DNA of 64,000 bases from Caecitellus pseudoparvulus (taxonomy: Eukaryota; Protista; Bigyra: Bicosoecida), in the NCBI GenBank assembly GCA_965644315.1, contig CBFFRQ010000018.1, forward strand, positions 310,001 through 374,000, given 5' to 3'. The notes beneath the pieces were generated by a model. That model was not told the origin of the DNA, ran no database searches, and worked only from the letters and a program-made list of their open reading frames with translations. A program made the position numbers and the translations under genes. This document shows, in pieces, positions 55,208 to 64,000 of this stretch (positions are counted from its first letter, which is position 1; each line of letters begins with the position of its first letter).

Positions 55208-56581
55208 ATGGCCGCTCAGTGCCCAAACGAAGGGGAGTCACACCGCTTCCTCCAGGAGTACATGGATTCTTCGACATCGCCCGAAGACAATTTTCTGGAA
55301 GGCGTTCAGGCGCCTTCACACGTCCCGGGCAGCTGGCGAGACCAGCTGGAGAGCACTCTGGGCAAAATCCGAGTCAAGGAGCTGCCGGGTCGTGTGCTTC
55401 ACGACATCCTGTGTGCGCTTCCTGAAACAGTGTGTGTACTGAACGCACCACTGCATCCCTCATGCACGGGTAGCGAGTCAGTCATTCTTGTGGAGCAGGG
55501 CGCAGCGTCTGCACTGCAAGCGAAGCTTCTAGGCACCCCAGACGCCACTGGGTATCTCCTCGTCCCACACTGTCATCCAGCAGTGACGCATGTACAGCTG
55601 GCCTTGGCTTGCTGCCAAGTACTTGTGCAGCTGGCAAACGAGATCATGAGCGTGGCCAATCGTAACGGGCCTGGGTGCCCAGTTGAAATTGTTCCTGTCA
55701 AGGACTTGCAGAGGGTCGTGCTGGACCTACTGAACGAAGTCATGACACGAACTAGCAAGTGCCTGTCTGACGAGTGCCCTGACAGCACGTGGGGTGGGGT
55801 TCAGCTGGAAGAGGACCACGCAGAAGTGGTCCTTGATTGGGTTGAAGACCTGCACATCGTCCGCGAAGCGCCATTGCGCCACCCTGTTTGGAGGCAAGGC
55901 GCAGTGGAGTGCATTGCAGATAATGTGGTGCAGCCCTCTGACAGGTTCGACGTGTTGTGCTTCCGGCAACTGATGGACGCGGCGTGCGGGAGGCTGGAGT
56001 TTGCCCACCTCGCTGAGATCCTTCCTCTGCGGGAGGCGCTTCGACTTCCCCGCCTTCCACTGAACTGGCTGGTACACAACCCAAGCTATGAGCTTCGGCC
56101 ATCAAGAGTGCTGCTGCATGTGCTGTGGGAACAGTCTGACAACCGCCGCGTGAGCGTCGCATCCCACGAGATCAGCCTGGGGAAGCACATTCCGCGGAGC
56201 ACTGCTGCGGATCCTGAAAGCATGTTCACGTACATGATGAGCTGGTATGGGGTGGACGAGTGGCTGAAGCGGACGCCATTTTCCATGACAACATCCATGC
56301 CAGGCACTCCGCTGCTGCATGTCGAGCCACCTGCAGGAGAGGTGGAAGCAGATATGGACGAAGGTGTGGACCTGGAGGAAGATGGCAACCTTGCTCCTGG
56401 TGCGCCTCGCTTTCGAAAATTCTATGCCCGCTACTTGGTCATCCGCTCGAGTCGTGCCCTTCTCATGGTCGACATTCACTGGGAGGCTGTGATGTGGCAC
56501 GAGTTGCAGCAGCCAAGTGACCCCACTCATGTGGGGAGTGCCGCGTACACGCTGTGCGAAGGTGGTTGTGAAATTCAGTGA
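55208..56581 (+). CDS. Hypothetical protein (457 aa, no recognised domain)
   Basis: Long intronless ORF with an ATG start and globular acidic/hydrophobic composition, filling an otherwise empty interval. Confidence 0.65.
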   Translation: MAAQCPNEGESHRFLQEYMDSSTSPEDNFLEGVQAPSHVPGSWRDQLESTLGKIRVKELPGRVLHDILCALPETVCVLNAPLHPSCTGSESVILVEQGAASALQAKLLGTPDATGYLLVPHCHPAVTHVQLALACCQVLVQLANEIMSVANRNGPGCPVEIVPVKDLQRVVLDLLNEVMTRTSKCLSDECPDSTWGGVQLEEDHAEVVLDWVEDLHIVREAPLRHPVWRQGAVECIADNVVQPSDRFDVLCFRQLMDAACGRLEFAHLAEILPLREALRLPRLPLNWLVHNPSYELRPSRVLLHVLWEQSDNRRVSVASHEISLGKHIPRSTAADPESMFTYMMSWYGVDEWLKRTPFSMTTSMPGTPLLHVEPPAGEVEADMDEGVDLEEDGNLAPGAPRFRKFYARYLVIRSSRALLMVDIHWEAVMWHELQQPSDPTHVGSAAYTLCEGGCEIQ

Positions 56582-56908
56582 CGCTTGCAAGGTTGCACTA
56601 GTGCGAGGGTGTGCGTTTGGAAGGCAGGGCCGCTTTCGGTAGAGGTCGTCGTCTGCCGGAAGGAAGGCGCGGAGGTGGAGGGGGTCGACCACCCCCCTTC
56701 GAGCCAGACACCCGGTCGAGCGGAGCCGGACACCTTTGGGATCCCTGCGCCTCAAGTCTCCCCTTCCGCCTCAGTTTTCCACCTTCCGCCATCCACCTGA
56801 GTCTCACCTCCACAGTGTCTGTGAGAGGTCCTTTTGCGTGGCATTCAGGCTCGCTCTCCGATCCAAGGCGCAAGTTCCGCACATCAAGTGCTGGAGCGGT
56901 CTGCAGCC

Positions 56909-57854
56909 ATGAAGAGCGCTTTTGCAGCACTGCTGGCCTGCGCTGCCGCAGCATGCGCATTTGCTTCGGGGCATCTCGATTACACACGGGTGCACTTCGT
57001 GCGTGAAGCGGAGCGCAAGGCTGTTGCGCGGTGTGCGAAGTGCAGTGCAGCACACCCTGCGCTGCACACCCCAACGCAGATCGATCGCAACGCGACGACC
57101 GGGAACTGGCTGTTCCGCACCAACATTCCCATCAACGGTTCTGAGTTTGCGTATGCAACCCTGGTACAGTACCTTGGCAAGCGTGCCGTGCAGGAGGCTG
57201 GCGTGCCGCTGCCCAAGCAGTTCTACCTGCACGATATCGACTTCGACTTCATCGAGTTCTCTCACATCGAGGTGTGTAGTGTGCTCCAGAGCATGACGGC
57301 AGGTGCTGCATGCTCTCTGGATGCCATATGCAGACTGAGAAGACGTGGTTCCAGGAGAACCCGGACAAGGGCACGTTCACACAGTGGCCGCTCTTCGGTG
57401 CGGTCATCCCGCCTCAGTGGGTCAACGCAACGCAGCGTGATGCGACGGCACGGGACACAGACAAGTTGTGGGCCATCGACCAGCTCCCTGCTCGCCTGAA
57501 GCAAACCAAGGAGTGGCTGGACACCCAGTACGACATCCCCCACGTCATGTTCTGGCACTGCGAAGCTGGCTGCGACCGCACGGGAGAGTACGTGCCTTGC
57601 CGAGGAGGCTGGTCACTGCCTTGGCCGCGCATGCACACCCCCCACCCCACGCTGTTTTGCGCCTGTGCAGGATGTCAGCCGCCTACTACATGACCTACCA
57701 AGGCTACAATGTGACTGGAGCATTTGCCAAGGACACCGTGGACTGCGGGCGACCCCCCAACTACTTCTCGGCTGGCGCCATCTCCTGGTTCTGCCTGAAT
57801 CAGGAACTGACAAAGGGAGCTAAGCTCGGCGATTGCATGAGCCTCCCAATCTGA
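56909..57854 (+). CDS. Signal-peptide CX5R (PTP/DSP-superfamily) phosphatase
   Basis: Signal peptide MKSAFAALLACAAAACAFA, NWLFRTNIP, active-site loop FWHCEAGCDRTGE. Introns 56999-57079, 57272-57333 and 57588-57670. Confidence 0.85.
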
Positions 57855-58122
57855 GACGGGCCTCGCCCCTCCCAGCGCAATGCAATGCACTGAATGGCTC
57901 GCGAGGCAGCTACCAGCCTCCCGATCAGAAAAGGGGGGGGTCGCACGAACCTCAGCTTGGGCCTCACCTGACCGTCACCTCCACACTTTCCATTCTCTAA
58001 TCCTGTGTCATTCAGCCCCCACCCTCGCCAAGTACGGCCCACTCGTACTTCCCATCAGGAGCTCAGCGAAACGCTAGCCCCGCACTGCACAGAATCCCCT
58101 TTGACGAGACCTCCACACCAGC

Positions 58123-59286
58123 ATGGCGGCACAGGCAGCAAATGCTCTGGAAGCCTTGAAGGCTGTTACCCTCGTGGTCGCTGACACTGGTGCGTACTTG
58201 GCCCTGATCACGCGTGGTCCCAGAGCGTGGCGCGCGTTTCGTGTGCAGCTGAATGTACGCCACCCCGCCGGCGGCTGAAGCACGCAGGTGACATCGAGGC
58301 GATGAAGGAGTTCACCCCCACAGAGTGCGTTGTGGTGCACAAGTGTCCTGTGCCCCTGCCTTGCTCCTGTGTCACTGCCCAAGCGCCCGCACTTCCACAG
58401 CGCCACGACCAATCCATCCCTGATCAACAAGGCTGCTCGCTTGGAGGGCTACAAAGCCCTCGTGGCCGACGCCATCTCCCACGCCAAGGCCGCTGGCGGC
58501 AGCAAGCGGGAGCAAATGGACCTGGCCCTGGACAAGCTCTCCGTCAACTTTGGCTGCGAGATCCTGAAGATTGTGCCGGGCTACGTGTCCACTGAGGTGG
58601 ACGCCCGTCTGTCCTTCGACGTGGATGCCAACGTGGCCCGCGCCCGGCGCATCATCGGCATGTACGAGGCGGCGGGCGTGTCCCGGGACCGCATCTTGAT
58701 CAAGCTGGCCACCACGTGGGAGGGCATCCAGGCAGCAGCCATCTTGGAGAAGGAGGGCATCCACTGCAACATGACCCTGCTCTTCTGCTTCGCCCAGGCG
58801 GCAGCGGCGGCCGAGGCGGGGGCCACCCTCATCTCGCCCTTTGTTGGGCGCATCATGGATTGGTACAAGGCAGCCAACGGCGGCACAGACATCCCCCCCA
58901 CTGAGGACCCCGGCGTCGCGTCCGTGACCAGCATCTACAACTACTACAAGAAGCACGGGTACAGCACCATCGTCATGGGCGCGTCCTTCCGCAACACGGG
59001 GGAGATCCTGGAGCTGGCCGGCTGCGACCGCCTGACCATCTCTCCTGCCCTCCTGGCTTCCCTGCGTGACATGCCGGCAGACGTGCCCACTAAGCTGTCC
59101 GCTGAGGGAGCTGCTGCCGCCGGCGACGTGCCGGACAAGGTCACCTTCACAGAGGCCAGCTTCCGCTGGGCACTGAACGAGGACCCCATGGCCCATGAGA
59201 AGCTGGGTGATGGCATCCGCCGCTTCGCAGCTGACCTGCTGCTGCTGGAGCAGTACTTGGAGGGCATCTGGGAGGGGGCTGCCTGA
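58123..59286 (+). CDS. TAL1: Transaldolase
   Basis: VVADTGD, spliced [55 protein letters not shown]. Two 5' introns. Confidence 0.97.
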
Positions 59287-59315
59287 GAGGGCCAGCAATG
59301 CACGGTTCAGCGGCC

Positions 59316-60386
59316 TCAAGAGGCGCGACCCCGCCGCTGGCGGTTGCTCTCCACCATGGAGTAATACGCAGAGCTGTGCTGTCGGCGAAACGCGTCCAGC
59401 CGTGCGGACAGCTCGTCCCCCTCCTGTCCCCCAGGCGCTGACGGCCTGGCCCGACTGGCATCCGCCGGGCCGGCTCCCAGCCCCGTGCGGGAGGAGGTGG
59501 AGGAGGCAGAGTAGTGAGGGCGCCCACTGCTCCGCCCCCCCCCCCGCGGTCCGCCTGACCCCCCCGCCTCCGAGTCGGACCGCCCCCGCCGGGGCACAGT
59601 CACAGAGCCAGACAGCGCGGCACTGCGAGGTGGTCCACGGGGGACGGCAATGGGGGGGGGGTATGCCTCGGGTCCGAAGGCAGGGGGCGGTGCCCCTGCT
59701 GCTGCCGCTTCCCTCCGTGCTGCCCGCCGCCGAGATGCCATGGTGTCCCCCAGCGCCAGCCTGCGGAATTCGCGCATGCAGGAGGTGATGCGAGACGCCT
59801 CCTCCTTGGAGGGCGCCGGCAGGCCCGGGTCCACGCCTTGGATTGGCGTGTACAGCTGGGCGCCGCGCTCGGCAGCGGCAGCCTTGAGCATGTCCACCAT
59901 GACGCCCACAGGCACGCGTTCGAGAGACTGGGGCAGCCCTTGTGGCAAGCTGGGAGAACGAGGCTGCAAGGCATCGAAGCAGGCGGCCAGCACCTGCTGC
60001 GGCACGGCGGCGTGCGCCGCCCACAGGTTCACGGTCTCGCGCAGCTGAGCCACAGCAGCAGGCTCGCCGGCTGCTTCGTGCGCAGCTTGCAGCACTGGTG
60101 CTGCGATGGAGTGCAGAGGCGGACCCAGGGCCTTGCAAGTTGGGTGGTGGATGCCTAGGCCCAGTATGCCGCTGAAAGCTTCGTGCAGCAGCTGCACGTG
60201 GCGAACTTTGGCGTCAAAGCCTGGCGCTCGCTCTGCGCTTTGCTTGATGGCGGCCGCACACGCTGCAGCCGACTCCGGGTGGGCCAGCAGCCAGGCGGTA
60301 GCGTCTCCTACTTTGGTTGCATCTGATGCGGCGTGCAGCAGCAGGCCCATGAAGGGCCCTGTACCGGCAGGTTGGCTGGAGGCCAT
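59316..60386 (-). CDS. Compact CHERP-like splicing-associated protein (CID-like domain plus CHERP motifs)
   Basis: Helical CID-like N-terminus (KVRHVQLLHEAF..LRETVNLW). VPVGVMVDMLK..YTPI..P..SRITSCMREF resembles the CHERP LPAGLM..YKPL block. C-terminal GLG..LDAFRRQHSSAY. Confidence 0.6.
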   Translation of the reverse strand: MASSQPAGTGPFMGLLLHAASDATKVGDATAWLLAHPESAAACAAAIKQSAERAPGFDAKVRHVQLLHEAFSGILGLGIHHPTCKALGPPLHSIAAPVLQAAHEAAGEPAAVAQLRETVNLWAAHAAVPQQVLAACFDALQPRSPSLPQGLPQSLERVPVGVMVDMLKAAAAERGAQLYTPIQGVDPGLPAPSKEEASRITSCMREFRRLALGDTMASRRRAARREAAAAGAPPPAFGPEAYPPPIAVPRGPPRSAALSGSVTVPRRGRSDSEAGGSGGPRGGGRSSGRPHYSASSTSSRTGLGAGPADASRARPSAPGGQEGDELSARLDAFRRQHSSAYYSMVESNRQRRGRAS

Positions 60387-60946
60387 GCTGCACCCTGCGG
60401 AAATTGTCTGCCCACGCTTCCTGGCACTCCTCTGCTTTCGGAAGCGAGAGGAATTCCGCCAAGAGTGACCTATGAAGAGTTGTTGTGCAAGAGTGCCTTG
60501 GCCAGATCAGTACTTTGCGGTTGTGTGAAGTATCGTTTGCGGATTGCAGACTGGCCGCGCAGCTGTGCACGCCGAGGCCGGGCCAAATTGCCCACAGGAG
60601 CGACAGAAAAGCTCCCCCCCACTCAACACTCTACTCAGTATACATTCCTAGTACAATCAAGATTGCCTGCAGCCGCCACCACTGGACACCTGCAGGACTG
60701 CCTAGCTTTCTGCACTTTGCTACTCTCGTGTGGCTTGTCCAATTTCCGCAGCACAACTGCCAGCGGCGATTTCTCCGCCCCTTCTCAGTGCCACGAAGTG
60801 TGCGTGCCATGTGCCCTGTATGAAGCTGATTCTGTGTGCGGCTGGGCATGCAGGCTACTGGGCCGGGACGCCCTCAGCCGAAACACCTGCCGTTGACTTC
60901 TGTCGCCTGCCGCACCCGCCAGCGCTCCCGTTCCCGCAGGTCAGCC

Positions 60947-61729
60947 ATGGACGGCAGCGCATCCGCGAGGCGTCGGAGCGAGGCGCGCCAGCGCCGGGCC
61001 AGTCGCCGTGACCCTGACTCGCGCCTCATCGCCACCCCCAGCTCCGCCCGTACTGGGCCAGGCAGCGCGCCTCGCTCCCGCAGCCGGCATGGCATGCCCC
61101 CTCGCACTCCTCTGCACACTTCAGGCAGCCTGGCCGCGACACCGGCACGCAGCCTGGGCTTCAACCCCACCACACCACACTCTGCTTCTGGCCGCTCTGC
61201 CGGGGGCAGCTACGAGGCACACTGCGTGACGGTGGTGGGGTTCCCTCACGGGCAGGCAGGCGCCGTGCGGCAGTGGTTCACGGACCGGGGGGCACAGGTC
61301 ATGCGGTACGCAGAGGTAGGGGACCACGCCCTGCACATCTGCTTCGACCAGCTGGAAGACGCGGCCGGCGCCCTGAGCAAGTCGGGCACCACTGGCATCC
61401 TGCGTGGCGTGCCACTGGGCATCATTCCCTGCCGCGACCCCAGCTTCCTGGCGGGGCAGGGGGGCCACTCCCTCGCCACGCCCAGCGCAAAGGCCAACAC
61501 GTCCCTGCTCAGCACCAGCACCTTCCGGACCAGGGGCGGCAAGGGCGACACGCCCGCCCGGCGCCAGCCGGACGACGAAGCCAGCGCTGCGCTGACCTGT
61601 GCGGGCTTGCTGTGTCCCTGCTGCCAGCGGGGCAGCACCGTGTCCACCCCGAGTCAGTATGCTCCCCAGCGCAGGGGTGGCTGGGTGGGCTGGGCTGCGC
61701 GGCTGCTTGACGTGCTGTGCAGCATGTGA
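60947..61729 (+). CDS. NUP35: Nucleoporin Nup35/Nup53-like
   Basis: Atypical RRM CVTVVGFP..AVRQWF..G..LHICF..AAGALSKSG..LGIIPC, with a C-terminal amphipathic helix GWAARLLDVLCSM. Confidence 0.8.
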   Translation: MDGSASARRRSEARQRRASRRDPDSRLIATPSSARTGPGSAPRSRSRHGMPPRTPLHTSGSLAATPARSLGFNPTTPHSASGRSAGGSYEAHCVTVVGFPHGQAGAVRQWFTDRGAQVMRYAEVGDHALHICFDQLEDAAGALSKSGTTGILRGVPLGIIPCRDPSFLAGQGGHSLATPSAKANTSLLSTSTFRTRGGKGDTPARRQPDDEASAALTCAGLLCPCCQRGSTVSTPSQYAPQRRGGWVGWAARLLDVLCSM

Positions 61730-61819
61730 GGCCAGCGCCAGCTGCTCGAGGTGACCACTTGCCGTGGGCAGCTCGGGCGCTCCGCCGGAGTAACCTGCAC
61801 AAGCAGAAGTGGTTGTTAA

Positions 61820-63569
<1,750 letters not shown>

Positions 63570-63692
63570 TCAGGTCAGAGGGGGGGTAGGGTGGGGGGGG
63601 CATTCATGCCCGTGCGCGTGTCAATTCACCTTTTTCGACACTGCCCACTCCGCTGCATGCGCGCCTGCGACCTGCGCCACGTGCGGCAGTGC

Positions 63693-64000
63693 ATGGAGTT
63701 TCACGTCAAAATCCGCAACGCGCCTGGAGCGAGGACTGCCGCTGCCCCAGAGCCTGCTGCCGCGTGGAGCGACATCGCCTTCGAGCCTGACATGGCAGAC
63801 TTGGAGGCTGGAGGCACTGCCAGCCATGCCAGCTACGCCCGCATGGACCGAGGCGGGGAGCCAGGCACCGCCCCTCCTCCCACCAGCATGGCCGGCAGCG
63901 CAATGGACGCCCTCTCATCCTGCGCTGCGGCAGTGGCACGGGCTGTGACAGACTGCTTCGGCGGGGGGGCAGCCTCCACTCCTGGCTCCAAGCCTCGTCA
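63693..64000 (+). CDS. Probable 5' end of a gene running off the window
   Basis: ATG at 63693 opens a frame ([21 protein letters not shown]..) with no stop before the window end. Confidence 0.45.
   Translation, partial: MEFHVKIRNAPGARTAAAPEPAAAWSDIAFEPDMADLEAGGTASHASYARMDRGGEPGTAPPPTSMAGSAMDALSSCAAAVARAVTDCFGGGAASTPGSKPR

Noticed and set aside
58372-60138. 588-aa minus-strand ORF
   Set aside because: It overlaps transaldolase antisense and the CHERP-like gene out of frame. This is a GC-rich shadow ORF.

Overview
This is gene-dense, GC-rich eukaryotic nuclear DNA from a protist. A heterotrophic stramenopile is plausible from the gene content and GTGCGT/GTGAGT donors, but that is low-certainty inference. 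About 27 protein-coding genes are interrupted by short GT-AG introns (mostly 60-100 nt), so many ORF-track entries are exon fragments. I rebuilt the gene models by hand from splice sites and reading frames. Housekeeping genes include WDR54-like, RhoGEF, SMYD, MetRS, tafazzin, cysteine synthase, CSN7, TRMT2, GCLC, UXS, GT61, LPCAT, TTD14-like, transaldolase, CHERP-like, Nup35 and a TEY MAPK. The most notable observations are: (1) a recurrent AATGCA motif just downstream of many stop codons, palindromic (AATGCATT) between convergent genes, which is a candidate non-canonical 3'-end signal; (2) a chemoreceptor-like TM-dCache-TM-HAMP protein with a complete amino-acid-binding motif and no output domain; (3) a ~3,600-aa chimera of an integrin-alpha-like FG-GAP propeller, mucin stalk, polycystin-1-like REJ/GAIN/5TM region and ~25-copy helical repeat; (4) a signal-peptide CULT (cereblon-like) domain with an MRH lectin domain inserted inside it. 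I saw no rRNA, tRNA, CRISPR array or recognisable transposon.
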